The notes: generated by a model not told the origin, from the sequence alone. A stretch of 63,403 nt of DNA, filler included, from Octopus bimaculoides (GCF_001194135.2; 6 parts of 6 records of this genome joined end to end with filler, not necessarily neighbours in it); one strand, 5' to 3'; counted from the first letter of the whole stretch, positions 40,801 to 54,658 are shown. Translations and numbers: made by a program.

Positions 40801-41909
40801 GTGAGGTGGAGAGGAAGGACAAAGAAACAAAGAGACAGAGAATAGATGGAAAAAGCAGAGCTGAGAACTTGTGATTAGAAAGACATTTGAAAATCGGAGA
40901 TATTTTTGCCTAACGTAGATTTAAAAAAAAAAAATTCAGTGCTCACTATTGGCGTTTGGCAGTTATTATAGAAACAATGCTAATAAAAGAGAAAAAGCAT
41001 TTAAACACGACACAACTGGAGGAGTCCATTGGCTGGTGAAATGTAGGCAAGGTGACGTACGACTTAAGAGGGTTAAGTCTTGGTGTAGGAAAGGCTTCTG
41101 ACGGGAGATTTTTACTGTTGATGGGATTAGATTCTCTGGAGATGTTTCTTACGCTAAGGGCTTTTAGTGGTATGAGAGAAAATAAGAAATGAGAAAGAGT
41201 GAGACTCGGCTGTGAAGGGGTTGAAATGAAAGTATTCAGAGAGGTGGCTTGTCATTGAGGGTCGAAAGGTAGTACATTAGTATCAATATTTAAATACTTG
41301 CGTTAAATATGTTACTTTATAGGGACATATTGGATTGTGTGTATGAGTGTTTCAATTTCCATATGTACCCTGTACCCTTCACTTTCCGTGCGTCTATACG
41401 TGTGCACATTGATATATATATATATATATATACACGTGTATATATATATACGTGAGTGAGTGTGTGTGTGCGTGAGAGAGAGACACAGTGTGTATCTATA
41501 TGTGTATGTATGCATGTATATATGTATGTATGTATGTATGTATGCATGAGTGAGTGTATGTGCTTATATATTATACATTATACAGGCATATCTTTCCCTT
41601 GTTTTAGCCATTGCACTTCGGTCATGCTGAGGCACTAATTTCAAGGTATTTTATTGGAACAAATCGATCCCCGTCCACATAATTTTATTATTTCATATTA
41701 GTTCCTAGGTAAGGCTACCTATTTTCCACTGTGTGTGAGACATCGAGCACAGCAATGTCATTCACAATGTGAATGTAGGGACACCTAACTTATACAGAAT
41801 GGAAGAAATATTCAGTGATTGACGTCATCGATATTCAGAGAGATCATCGAATCATACATGTGTACGGTAATAAGTGACTACGTTTACCAGAGGCTACGCC
41901 AGTATTAGT

Positions 41910-42292
41910 TGTTGGCACACCGTCGCTTACGACGTCGAGGGTTCCAGTCGATCCGATCAACGGAACAGCCTGGTCGTGAAATTAACGTGCAAGTGGCTGA
42001 GCACTCCACAGACACGTGTACCCTTAAAGTAGTTCTCGGGGATATTGAGCGTGACACAGTGTGACAAGGCTGACCCTTTGAATTACAGGCACAACAGAAA
42101 ACAGGAAGTAAGAGCGAGAGAAAGTTGTGGTGGAAGAGTACAGCAGGGTTCGCCACCATCCCCTAGCAGAGCCTCGTGAAGCTTTAGGTGTTTTCGCTCA
42201 ATAAACACTCACAACGCCCGATCTGAGAATCGAAACCGCGATCCTATGACCGCGAGTCCGCTGCCCTAACCACTGGACCATTGCGCCTCCAC
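41910..42292 (-). mobile_element. SINE with head B and tail Z, full length
   Basis: Colinear with the 21116 and 25833 copies; probable TSD CAGTATTAGT (41900) / CAATATTAGT (42295). Confidence 0.92.
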
Positions 42293-42448
42293 AACAATAT
42301 TAGTACTCTTTCGCAAAATGGAGACAAATGTTAATAAATTTGAGTAATTTAGGAGTAATTTGGTTGTTTGAAGAGTAAAGGATAGAATTGGTCTCTGAGT
42401 CTCTGAGTCTCTGACTGATGGTACTAACGTAATATGCATGTTCTTTAC

Positions 42449-42465
42449 CTCATAATAGTATTTCA
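42449..42465 (-). CDS. Candidate 17-nt micro-exon
   Basis: atacttctttgcag|TGAAATACTATTATGAG|gtaaag; only one frame open (xKYYYE). Confidence 0.15.
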
Positions 42466-42672
42466 CTGCAAAGAAGTATTTTCGAAACTAGGTGATGTCA
42501 GATGGGAGAGATTTCCTTTAACAATAAAGCTAAATGTTTATATACAATATGGCCACTATTGTTTTGGCGAAACAAATATTCGCAAAGTAGCCTCAGATCA
42601 TTAGAGGAGTGTGCAGGTGTGAGTGTGCGCGTGTGCGTCTTTGTGTGTATGTGTTTATGTGTGTTTGTGTGT

Positions 42673-42764
<92 letters not shown>

Positions 42765-43417
42765 GTGTGTATGTTTATAATTATGTGTTTCTAATTTATA
42801 CACTGGTACTAAGACAGTGTATAAATATACAAAGTGTATACATACAGTGAATATGGATATAATGTGGGTATAGTTACGCTAATATTTACTCTAATATATA
42901 TGATAGTAAATTTTGTGAGGCATTGCGCTCTGTTGTGGAACAATTTTGTTTCAACTATATTCACCGATGGAAAATCCCTACCCACAGACACAGAAAAACA
43001 CGCGCGCACACACACACACACATACACAAAACACGTAGAAACACAGATATTAATAGATTCATAGTCTTTCTTTCATTCCTGCACAGATTTGTACGTTCAT
43101 ACACATACATACAAACGTACATACGTATATACATTACAGTTCTGAGCCATCAGTGGAACTGTAAAACTCTGTAAAACTTTCCAGATGTTTAACATTTAAA
43201 TATATATGAGGATGTCTAGATACGCAAGTATATGCACAAGAATACATACATAAAACAAAGAATACAAATCTGCACGTATACATACATACATACATACTTA
43301 CATACATGCGTAAAAAATACTCCGTTGCTGATGTTGAAATTCCATTGCAAGAGCTTTGGATCTAGGTTAGGAATCGGCCTCTATTAGCAAGAAATCTTGA
43401 AAAAAAATTGAATAATG

Positions 43418-43454
<37 letters not shown>

Positions 43455-43719
43455 GACGAACGCGTGTACATACACACACATATTTTATCTATAAAGCTCA
43501 ATTTAATTTTTATTTTTTATAAATTGATTTTAATTGAGTTTTTACCTGTAATTTTGGATTTTGTCCNNNNNNNNNNNNNNNNNNNNNNNNNNNNNNNNNN
43601 NNNATGTATATATATGTATGCATGTATATTTACATATATATATATATAGAGATATATATATAGATATATATATTAAAATTTAAGGAATGGAGAAAACGCA
43701 TGTTATAATTGCATACTTT

Positions 43720-43805
43720 ATTCCTACATATGTTTCAAAGGATTGCAACCTATGTGATCCATAGGGATCTGTGATAGTAAAATTGTAACCTTCTCTTCAG
43801 GGAAT
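43720..43805 (-). ncRNA. Minimal type-I hammerhead ribozyme, Penelope-like
   Basis: ATTCC-CTGAAGA-GAAGG..(long stem II)..CCTTT-GAAAC-ATAT-GTA-GGAAT, followed by AAA; stem I 5/5 paired, core complete, GUA cleavage triplet. Confidence 0.75.
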
Positions 43806-44010
43806 GCATGGGAATCATCTTAAACGTAAGACATTATGACCGAGTATGAAAACAATAGATGGATAATGTTATGACGTGATTCATTTGGAAAAAACCGTTA
43901 GAGAATTGGACGCTACCGGATAGTGGTTTGGACAACATACACATATAAATGTATAAACATACAGGCATACATAATTACATATACACATATACACACATAT
44001 ATACATATAT

Positions 44011-44043
<33 letters not shown>

Positions 44044-44143
44044 NNNNNNNNNNNNNNNNNNNNNNNNNNNNNNNNNNNNNNNNNNNNTTAATTAATTAAN
44101 NNNNNNNNNNNNNNNNNNNNNNNNNNNNNNNNNNNNNNNNNNN

Positions 44144-44196
<53 letters not shown>

Positions 44197-44582
44197 TTGT
44201 ATTATATATTCAGACTAATAATACATCCCAGTGTTGCCCGGGTGTTATGACCACATTGTATTATTTGTTTGTTTCTTATGGGTAGAATCGGCACAACTCT
44301 TTTTTACAAACATGTTTTTCAGTCATTTTCTGATGAACAATGCTGAAATTGTTGACATTAAAAACATGTAGAATGACAGCTTAGATCAGAATAAAATCCT
44401 AACATTGCCCCCAAAATTACCTAGGCTTACGGATGTAAAGAATTGGATGACGTATGAGGACGTAGAGGTATCCGTATTGCAGAAAGTAAGGTACATGGAA
44501 AGAAAGCTGCTTCATTGTGAAAAGCATCATTTCTGTAATGTTTGGGCAGACTGCACACTTCAACATATGTTAAGTGAAGCCG

Positions 44583-45153
44583 ACAATGCTTCTGGGTAAA
44601 CTATGTTTTGCGTAAGTCAAGTGTTGGTAGAATAAATATACAAGTTATCTGCACTGCTAACTCGAGAGCATGCGACATATAGTTGTCCATGAGAAAAGCA
44701 GGGTAGTTGTAAATTGAGACCCACAATTTTTAAAGTTTGACCCTGGGTTTTGTTGATTGTCATAGCGAAACGCAATCGCACTGGAAACTGGAGGCGCTTG
44801 AATTAAAATGGCACATTTAAGGGAATAAGAGGCATGCGTGAAATGCATGTGATCTCTCCTCGATGGCAGCAGGTAATAATGGTTGCTTCTAGGACATGAC
44901 TTGTCATTGGAGTTACATTCAATCTTGTACCATTGCATAGTCATGGTGGGTCCAAATTTCTCAAGAGCATGATAGGTGCACCTTTGTTTAGGAACGACTT
45001 ATGATGTGACAGTCCTGTGGGTTGTGGAGAGTTGAGAAATTCAACTGAATACTGAAGAGCTGCATGTTCATCGATGGTAGTATCAATGGAGACAAACGTT
45101 GAAGCATCTCCATGGTCTACTTTATCAATGCTTTCATTATGAGGTGCTAAAAT

Positions 45154-45201
<48 letters not shown>

Positions 45202-45242
45202 CTCTATCTATCTCTCTCTCTCCCTTTCTCTCTCTCTCTCTC

Positions 45243-45279
<37 letters not shown>

Positions 45280-45790
45280 GAATCAGGCTATGTTTTTGAA
45301 GTTGTCTTGCAATGTGGGAAATACCTTTTCTTTAAGCTCCCCCAGTGTAGATACCACGTGCCCACATTGCAGTACATGTTGTTGAAGGGTGTTATTCAAC
45401 GGTAAGGCATCATTTCCAATTTGTAGAAGCTGATGAGAGCATTCCTCAGCTAAGATCGCACATTCATGCTTAACGAAAGCTGACAAACAAACCTCCACAG
45501 AAGTGAAGACTTCAGACACTCATAGATCTCGTCAGCTCGCGTACTCCGTGGTATGACTGGTAATATTTGATGGATATCCCCTGTGAGGACAAAAGTTAAG
45601 CCCCCACCCGCCAATAATGGCAGTATTGTTTCTAATATCCCTTAGTGATCTATATAGGGCTTTTAGTGCATCACAGTGAGCCATTGTACATTCATCCCCC
45701 AAAATAAGTGCAGTTTTGACCAGAAGTTTTGCCATCGGTGATCGCTTTGAAATATTGCACATTTGGACATCGCTGAAGTGAGTTTTCTTG
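44583..45790 (-). pseudogene. Helitron PIF1-like helicase C-terminal half
   Basis: LILGDECTMAH; GDIHQILPVIPRSTRADE; ERAILAPHN; APIMLLRNLDPP*LCNGTRL; [24 protein letters not shown]; [13 protein letters not shown]; stops and frameshifts. Confidence 0.92.
45156..45277 (+). repeat. (CT)n microsatellite inside the Helitron ORF
   Basis: Direct reading; sits at the Glu-Arg codons of ERAILAP. Confidence 0.95.
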
Positions 45791-46514
45791 AGCACGAATA
45801 GAGGCAGTTTTCTTTGGAGTCCTTGTTTGTGGAGATGAATTAGAATGTCTTCGTTTTAGTAGCATAGCAGAAAAGAGCGAACGATTAAGGAACATATAAG
45901 ATGGAAAACAGCAATTTGAAGTTGTGCATTGTATAACCTCATTTCTTAGTAACGAATGAAGAGATGTTGAAAAATTCATATGTCAATTTGTATATCGTTA
46001 TTATGAGAAGAAGCGGTAAACTCTGAATGATTCCCCCCCCCCTCCCCACCGAAATTTCTTCATTTTTAACTGTTTTTCGAATTTTGATTTTATCCACGTG
46101 GAAAAATATAGAGATTACGAATGTGGGAAATATAATTAGCTTTTGAAAGTNNNNNNNNNNNNNNNNNNNNNNNNNNNNNNNNNNNNNNNNNNNNNNNNNN
46201 NNNNNNNNNNNNNNNNNNNNNNNNNNNNNNNNNNNNNNNNNNNNNNNNNNNNNNNNNNNNNNNNNNNNNNNNNNNNNNNNNNNNNNNNNNNNNNNNNNNN
46301 NNNNNNNNNNNNNNNNNNNNNNNNNNNNNNNNNNNNNNNNNNNNNNNNNNNNNNNNNNNNNNNNNNNNNNNNNNNNNNNNNNNNNNNNNNNNNNNNNNNN
46401 NNNNNNNNNNNNNNNNNNNNNNNNNNNNNNNNNNNNNNNNNNNNNNNNNNNNNNNNNNNNNNNNNNNNNNNNNNNNNNNNNNNNNNNNNNNNNNNNNNNN
46501 NNNNNNNNNNNNNN

Positions 46515-46554
<40 letters not shown>

Positions 46555-47519
46555 GTGTGTGCGCGTGTGCGTGTGTGTGCCAAAGGAAGTTATTTTTTCA
46601 TACCTGTCTTAATTCCAAAAGAAGGAAATGTAGTGAAGCTGTAATATGTTGACAGCATAAGGTCTCCGTACATTATAATGAGAAATTGAAAGAGAGAGAT
46701 AATGCCTAATTCTACGCAAGCGTGAAATATGAGATATATTAAGATAAAGGTGTATGTGTATATAATGCCATTTTAATTGCTGGATGAACAAATAGCACGA
46801 AATATCTGCATCTATGTATCTCTCTTTATCCATCTATTTGTCTTACCTTCTAGTTGTTTGTCTATGTATCTATTTATCTATCTGAAGAAGAAGAAGAAGA
46901 AGAAGAAGAAGAAGAAGAAGAAGAAGAAGAAGAAGACGGACGATTTTCGTTTTGATACAAATGTTCTTGTTTCGGTTTTGGCAACTGTACAGTTGGCTTT
47001 ATGTTCATGTATTTACTGCTGGTGCTGTTGATGTTGTTCTCAATGTTACCATTGTTATTTTGATTACGTTTGTAGCTATATAAGTACGTTGTTGTTGGTT
47101 CTGTTGCTGCAGCTGTTGTTGCTTTCATTTGTATTGTCGTCGTTTCTGTTGGTGTTCTCGTAGCGATTGTTGGTCAAAGCGTGACAAGTATCCCTAACTT
47201 ACTGGGTAACTCCTGCTGTATTTTCGGTAAATACATACATACATACATACATACATTCAAGCATATCTAGATATGCAACTATACATGAGAATACATACAT
47301 ACATAAAACATACAAATCTGCNNNNNNNNNNNNNNNNNNNNNNNNNNNNNNNNNNNNNNNNNNNNTTAATTAATTAANNNNNNNNNNNNNNNNNNNNNNN
47401 NNNNNNNNNNNNNNNNNNNNNGCTGTGCGGGACTGCAGAGAAACGCGATTAGGTGGTTTTCGTGTACAAACATATGGTGTTTTTGATATACATACACATG
47501 TACATACATACATACATAC

Positions 47520-47564
<45 letters not shown>

Positions 47565-47961
47565 CCAACATAGCAGCAACCATCCAAACACACACGCACA
47601 TTCTCACACGAAAATGCATCTTCATACACAAACGTGGATAAATAATTACCTGCCTTCTCGAGGTTAAATGAGTGCACAACACACTCACACACACACAAAC
47701 ACACACACACACACACACAAACACACACATACACATACATTCAAATACTCATACACACACGTATGAACGCATGCATAGTCATCTACGTGTATCTAGATTG
47801 TATTTCTCTGTCTTGAAATGAAATTTCGTGTACATATATATATAGAACCATAGAATTAGTTATCTTGCATATTATGGTCCAACAATATTACATAACCAAA
47901 TTACGAAAACACACATACACACACACACACACATTCACATATATTTTATTATTCATATAGT

Positions 47962-48155
47962 TTTCCCCTTGTAGTCATTAAATTGCGGCTATGCTGGAGC
48001 AACATTTTGAAGGATTTAAGACGGTAAAATCGATTCCAGTACATTTGAAGTTTTAAATTTAGTACTAATTCTACCGGTATCTTTTCGCAAATCCGCTCAG
48101 TTGTGAGGGTGTAAACAAATTAATACCGGTTGTCAAGCAGTGTGGGGACAGACAC
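47962..48155 (-). mobile_element. SINE family C, 3' part, diverged
   Basis: Minus strand TCCCCACACTGCTTGACAACCGG...TTTACACCC...GCTCCAGCATAGCCGC; abuts a TACA/GACA array at 48156-48420. Confidence 0.7.
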
Positions 48156-48800
48156 AAAGATACACACACATACAGGCATGCATACATACATACATACATA
48201 CATACATACATACATACATACATACATACACACATACATACATATGTACGTATACACATACGTTCATGCATATATACATACATACATACATACATACATA
48301 CATACATACATACGCACATACATGCATACATACGTACGAGCGTACGCACGTATGTACACACATACGTACAGACATACATACAGACACACAGCCAGACAGA
48401 CAGACAGACAGACATACAGAGCCCGTATAATACAGCCCTGAAAGTTAATGAGAACTGCAAGTTATTCGGACAAAATGAGAATGTGATATATTATCAGGGC
48501 TTTCAAGAGTGGAGTTCAACAGGTACAGGGCCAGGTGACGCAGAGAGGACTCATGAATGTTTAAGGAGCCTCTCACTAAGACGAACAAAACACCTCAAAA
48601 ACTCCTTAAATTTTAAGAGTTCCAATACCTGAATGCTCGGAAGAAGTTATTATCCTGCTTGAAAAACTTCCCTTGGAGGCCACGGATAACATAGATCCTT
48701 TAATAATGAGAGAGAGAAGGTGAGAGAGCAATATGTCTTCAAATTTCTCAGCACAAACCATGCATTTAGTGCACAATATGTTTGTCGTACCTGTATCACC

Positions 48801-49020
48801 TTCGGCCTTGAGTTGGTTACTACAACGTGGTACACTTGTCCTTCAGAGTTGATCACTACAACAGCCCTCGTCAGTAAATCTTTCTACATTTGGCTTTCAG
48901 AGATGGTCATTACATCATTCTACTTTGGCCTTCAGAGCTATCCTCGGCAACATCCTATTTTGGCCTTCACAGCTGGCCACTACGGTATCCTATAAAGTTG
49001 GCCTTCAGAACTAGTCATAA
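48801..49020 (+). repeat. Degenerate minisatellite, about 35-nt unit, six copies
   Basis: Consensus approximately TTGGCCTTCAGAGCTGGTCACTACAACATCCTAT. Confidence 0.75.
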
Positions 49021-49818
49021 TAAGAATTTAAAAGAGGTTAGATTTTTCTTTCAAATCTCAGAAATCGCTCAATGTTACTGGAAATTTTAGCAACAGTTTA
49101 TATTTCCCACGCAAGGAAGGCAGCCGAGGCCCTAACTCTATAGTAACATTATATGAGACCCAGATTGTAACACCGAAGCAACATCTGCAGCAAGGAAAAG
49201 ATCTCAGCATCTATTACGCTGAAGTTTACAAGCGTGAAATTGATAACATCATTACGATAGTTAGAAGTGATAAAATCATTAGGAGAGACATGAAATAAAA
49301 ACAAGACTCTTCCCAAGGAATTTTGGCGAATTCTACTTAACATAACAAAATTAAAAAAAAATTAGACCAGTTCACCGAGAACAGTGTGCATCAGTAGTTC
49401 AATCGAAAAAAAAAAGTGACTATGGTTAGAATAAACAAGAATAATATATTAAAATGGATTAGAAATGAGAAGCTATATATTTTCTGTTTCATCGATTATC
49501 ATTTGAGAGGCAAAATATACTATAACAAATCTAAGAATGAAACTGATTCAAACATGAGCTGTATTGTCGTACGTCATTCCAGTTGAGATTTCCTTGAAGT
49601 TTCTCCTCTGACAACCATTGTCTTTGTTGGCCCTGCTGCACTGCCATCTGGATCTTTTCCCACCCTGTTCCTCCTCTTTCTGTATTGCCTTGTCTTTCTC
49701 TATTTTCTATTTTGTTTCTCACCCTTTGTTTCTCAAGTGAGCCTAGTTAGTACCTGCCTTTTGTCAATCACATAACATAATATAATATAATGTATATGTC
49801 ACAATATATTGTATGATA

Positions 49819-50031
49819 CTGATTTCAACTTTTCGTACAAGACCAGAAATATTGGGGGAGGGGTAAGTCAATTACATCGACCCCAGTGCTAAACTGGTAC
49901 TTATTTTATCGACCCCGAAAAGTATGAAAAGCAAAGTCAACGGCTGAATTTGAACTCAGAAACTAAAGACGGACAAAATGCCGCTAAGCGTTTTGTCTGG
50001 CGTGCTAACGATTCTGCCAGCTCGCTACCTT
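49819..50031 (-). mobile_element. SINE family A, full length
   Basis: Colinear with other A copies. Confidence 0.88.
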
Positions 50032-50888
50032 ACAGTAATAGTATATTATATTATATTATATTATGTTATATTATGATATGTTATTAATTACTTACTAGCT
50101 TTCAGAGTTCATAAGATCCTCTTTCAGCTTGGCCATGAAGAAAACAAGAGTAATCTAACTCTGTAAATTGGCCACGAATAATATAACATTTCTTCTTGAA
50201 GTATTGAATACTCCAGGCTGCATATGAAAGCCTTGCTCTTATGAACAAACACAAAAATGCCCACCCACCCAAGCACATCTCTTCCTCCTCTTCCATATAC
50301 ATACATACATATACACATACATGCACACATGTACATATATACATATAACACTGCCAAGAGTAGCACTTATGCGTAGATGTGCAACTATGTTGTAGTATGT
50401 AGGTGGTAGATGAACTTGTAAATATCATTGTGTGTGTCAGTAATATGATAAAACATATGGTTACATATGGTTAAGTTAATTTGTCGAAAGCATACAATAT
50501 TTTATGGTTAACTAAGCACTTGTCTTAACATATGGAGGTATTCGGGTATCTGTCAAACATACGTGTGTTTTTGGCTAATTAACTGTCCGTCGGGTACAGA
50601 AATCTGAATATCTTTATTGGCGGTTGGTTTACCTTTGTGTTTCTTTTCTCTCTTTATGACTCACCAGTCAATGACGGATCTTCTTCCTGGTCGCTCAACT
50701 TGCTAGAATTAGCAGCCAGATCTCTTGCATTCTTAAAAAATATACTTAACAAAAGTTGGTTTATTTTAGCTTACACATCAATCTTAGTCGAGCAGACCAT
50801 TGATATAGGGTATTCCAGCAGCAGTGACTATTTCGTCCTTTTTAGAGTAATGCAGCAATAACCACACATTTTCTTTCACTATTTATAC

Positions 50889-50960
50889 CAGTAGTTCTCA
50901 ACCGGGGTGCATAAGGCCCTTGGGTGTCCATATAAGATTTCGTTGTTAAAATTCATGTGC
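50889..50960 (+). mobile_element. Possible hAT/Charlie-type MITE end
   Basis: CAGTAGTTCTCAACCGGGG resembles CAGTGGTTCTCAAC-type TIRs; no partner TIR found. Confidence 0.35.
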
Positions 50961-51015
50961 AATAAATTTATTATATTTCTACAAAGCATTATTTATTTTA
51001 ATAATCTTTTATATT

Positions 51016-51188
51016 AGCGCAGGCGTGTCTGTGTGGTTAGAAGCTTGCTTCCGAACCACAAGGTTTGGGGTTCAGTCTCACTGCGTGAAACCTTGATCAA
51101 GTGCCTTCTACTATAGCCTCGGGCCGACCAAAGCCCCATGAGTAGACTTGGTAGACGGAAACTGAAAGAAGTCCGTCGTACATATATG
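51016..51188 (+). mobile_element. SINE family C, head and body
   Basis: GCGCAGGCGTG...GGGTTCAGTCTC...ACCTTGATCAAGTG...GAAACTGAAAGAAGTCCGTCG then TA repeats. Confidence 0.88.
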
Positions 51189-51962
51189 TTTAAAATTGAA
51201 TGCATCGTGTACTGGAGAGTGGGTTTCATTTTTTGTTAGGCACTGAGATAATGTCGATTACGTTTTGGTCTTACTAAAACTCCAAAACTCCTCAGCAGAG
51301 CATAATCTTGCTCCTATCTACTAGACCATAAAATGACTGAGAGGATGCAGAGTAATTTATGTGTAAAGCGTTTATTAGGTAATTTTGTAATTTAGATTTC
51401 TGAGTTATTTTCCTTGCTTTTCTTGAAAAGGGTTATCATCGAAGCTATTGACTTCTCCCTTCAATAATTTTATCATTTTAAAAGATTAAATAATTAAGGC
51501 TCCCTACATTCACTATTTTAGACATCAGCTATGTAAATACGTTAGTCCATGGTTATAAATATTAAAAAAAATATTTCCCTCAATATTTCAAAAACAAATC
51601 TTTATTTCCCTGCAATATTTCATGATGTCAACCATATTGGGAGACATTCATTGAGCAGGAAAGACAGTGGAGTAAATTCATTCACGAGCGCTCAGTCCAT
51701 ATTCAAGATTTTACATTTAGAGACTCAGTTCGTCAGGCTGCATAAAGGTACCACAATGGTTTTGGGGATAGAAATATTCTGGTTGCATTTGAAAGTTTGA
51801 TGACTGATAACAAAATCAAGTAATTTTACTCATTAGTTTAATAACTGTGGCTAATTGATCAGTTTTGCAACGAACTTCGTCTAATAGGCATCATGCACTT
51901 CGTCTCACTGTAAAAATGGGATGAAACACCTCGTAGATGCATCAAAAATAAAACAAAAAACA

Positions 51963-52077
51963 TGATTCAGTCCCACCGCGTGGAAACTTGGGCAGGTGTC
52001 TTCTTCTATAGCCTCCAGCCGACCAAAGCCATGCAAGTGCATTCGGTTGGCGGAAACAGGAAGAAGCCCGTCATATA

Positions 52078-52122
<45 letters not shown>

Positions 52123-52439
52123 NNNNNNNNNNNNNNNNNNNNNNNNNNNNNNNNNNNNNNNNNNNNNNNNNNNNNNNNNNNNNNNNNNNNNNNNNNNNNN
52201 NNNNNNNNNNNNNNNNNNNNNNNNNNNNNNNNNNNNNGCACTGCTTGGCAACCGGTTTGGCAATAATATCCTGCAAGGCAATACATAGCGGTTTGGTAAA
52301 AGGAACCGATAGAATAAGTATTAGACTTTTAAAAAATAAATAAATGCTGGGGGTCGATAAACTCGACTAAAACTTCTTCAAGGCGGTGCCCTAACATGGC
52401 CGCAATTTACTAACTGAAACAAGTAAAAGATAAAGGATA
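51963..52439 (+). mobile_element. SINE family C with internal microsatellite and gap
   Basis: Body ends GAAGAAGCCCGTC, (TA)n, gap, then the 3' part at 52238-52439. Confidence 0.8.
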
Positions 52440-53740
52440 TGTTTCTTTTTAATTCAAAATTTGTTTTATTAGAATTTATTACTTATTTTTTTTTTTTTTA
52501 CTTATGTACAGAAAGTCTAAAATAATTTCTTAAAATATGTTAAATGCAGAAATTAAATGTGTCATAATTCCATGAAGTTTCAAGAACGGGGGAAAAAAAA
52601 AAAACAGGACGCGGCAAATATTCATTTCCTTTGATGTGGTTCTACAGAATCTTACAGAGATTTCTAGAACGATTGGCAAGGAGAATATAGAGAGATTATA
52701 ATATTTGTTTAATTTCTAATCTCGTGCACATAATCGAAATGGTTGACTGCAACTATTTCTAGATGTAGATGATTTGTATACAGCTGGGCATGACTCAAAA
52801 CACACAAATGCATTACAGTTTTATGCCAACAAAGACGAAACATTTTGCTGTTTCAGTCCTCAGAGCACAGATACAAAAGCACATATACACACATTACTCA
52901 CAATTTTATAACAGATAACACACACATACACACACACACATACACATGTATGAATACATACATATGTGTAACTGTACACACACACATAGACATACTAATA
53001 CATATATATATAGACAAGTATATTTATTTATTTATGTGTTTCAGCCAAGTGGCTGCGGTCATGCNNNNNNNNNNNNNNNNNNNNNNNNNNNNNNNNNNNN
53101 NNNNNNNNNNNNNNNNNNNNNNNNNNNNNNNNNNNNNNNNNNNNNNNNNNNNNNNNNNNNNNNNNNNNNNNNNNNNNNNNNNNNNNNNNNNNNNNNNNNN
53201 NNNNNNNNNNNNNNNNNNNNNNNNNNNNNNNNNNNNNNNNNNNNNNNNNNNNNNNNNNNNNNNNNNNNNNNNNNNNNNNNNNNNNNNNNNNNNNNNNNNN
53301 NNNNNNNNNNNNNNNNNNNNNNNNNNNNNNNNNNNNNNNNNNNNNNNNNNNNNNNNNNNNNNNNNNNNNNNNNNNNNNNNNNNNNNNNNNNNNNNNNNNN
53401 NNNNNNNNNNNNNNNNNNNNNNNNNNNNNNNNNNNNNNNNNNNNNNNNNNNNNNNNNNNNNNNNNNNNNNNNNNNNNNNNNNNNNNNNNNNNNNNNNNNN
53501 NNNNNNNNNNNNNNNNNNNNNNNNNNNNNNNNNNNNNNNNNNNNNNNNNNNNNNNNNNNNNNNNNNNNNNNNNNNNNNNNNNNNNNNNNNNNNNNNNNNN
53601 NNNNNNNNNNNNNNNNNNNNNNNNNNNNNNNNNNNNNNNNNNNNNNNNNNNNNNNNNNNNNNNNNNNNNNNNNNNNNNNNNNNNNNNNNNNNNNNNNNNN
53701 NNNNNNNNNNNNNNNNNNNNNNNNNNNNNNNNNNNNNNNN

Positions 53741-53785
<45 letters not shown>

Positions 53786-54634
53786 AATGAATTAGTGCAT
53801 GACGGCAATGTTATTTATGTGTATATTATTCACGTGTGCAAGTGAAGAGCGATAAACTTTTTGAGTTGGTGTAATACATACATACACGCATATATACTTA
53901 CATACTTATACACATATATGTGTGTGTGTATGTGTCTATATCGATGTATGCTTGTGTATGGGTATGTGAAGAACTAAATACATGTAAGGGAGGAAACGGG
54001 GAGTATATATGCGCATGTGCATAACTGTATTTCACTGGAACAGTGTGCGGTAGTGGCTGAGTATTTCTGATATCTATGCATCTGAACATATACGTAAATC
54101 TTCGCATATTTAAGAACACACTCCTATCCACTCTTACACAGGCATATGTGTGTGTGCATGTATGTATACGTCTGGGTGTGTGTATAAATATGTATGTATG
54201 TATATATATATATATGATATATGTATGTATATATACACATGTATGTATACGTCTGCATGTATATATATATATATATGTATGTATGTATATATATATATAT
54301 ATATGTATATATTTATATATATGTATGCATATGTATGTATATATATATATGTTTATGTATATATATATAATATATGTGTGTGAATATATATATAAATATA
54401 TATGAATGCATGTATGTATCAATGACGATTACAAATATATAGGTATGTCTAGGTATGTATGAATGTATATAAGTACATACACACACACACACATATATAT
54501 AAGTAAACCTATTTGCTGGGTGTGTCGTAGATAGAGATCAAATGATTAAGTGGAGAACAGAAATTATTTGCAAACTTTACAGAAAAGCTTCTGAGATGAG
54601 CTTCAGCATTCGTGAAAAGAGAAGTACGACTCAC

Positions 54635-54658
54635 AGTTTCAGAGAAGGCAATGGCGTT
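54635..54658 (-). CDS. Candidate 24-nt micro-exon
   Basis: tttcattttccgttcctgtttccag|AACGCCATTGCCTTCTCTGAAACT|gtgagt; NAIAFSET or TPLPSLK frames open. Confidence 0.3.

Larger units (their letters stand above)
44215..46150 (-). mobile_element. Helitron, decayed; 5' end not visible
   Basis: Helicase remnant plus 3' hairpin CCCGGGCAACACTGGG (44227-44242) and terminal TTAG|T (eroded CTAG) at 44215. Confidence 0.85.

Noticed and set aside
41040-41077. piggyBac-like end (AAGAGGG-TTAA)
   Set aside because: No partner TIR or coding remnant found.
51250-51300. Second hammerhead (minus CTGAGGA-GTTTTGG..CCAAAAC-GTAA)
   Set aside because: GAAA is replaced by GTAA, and no consistent stem I, stem III or NUH site is present.
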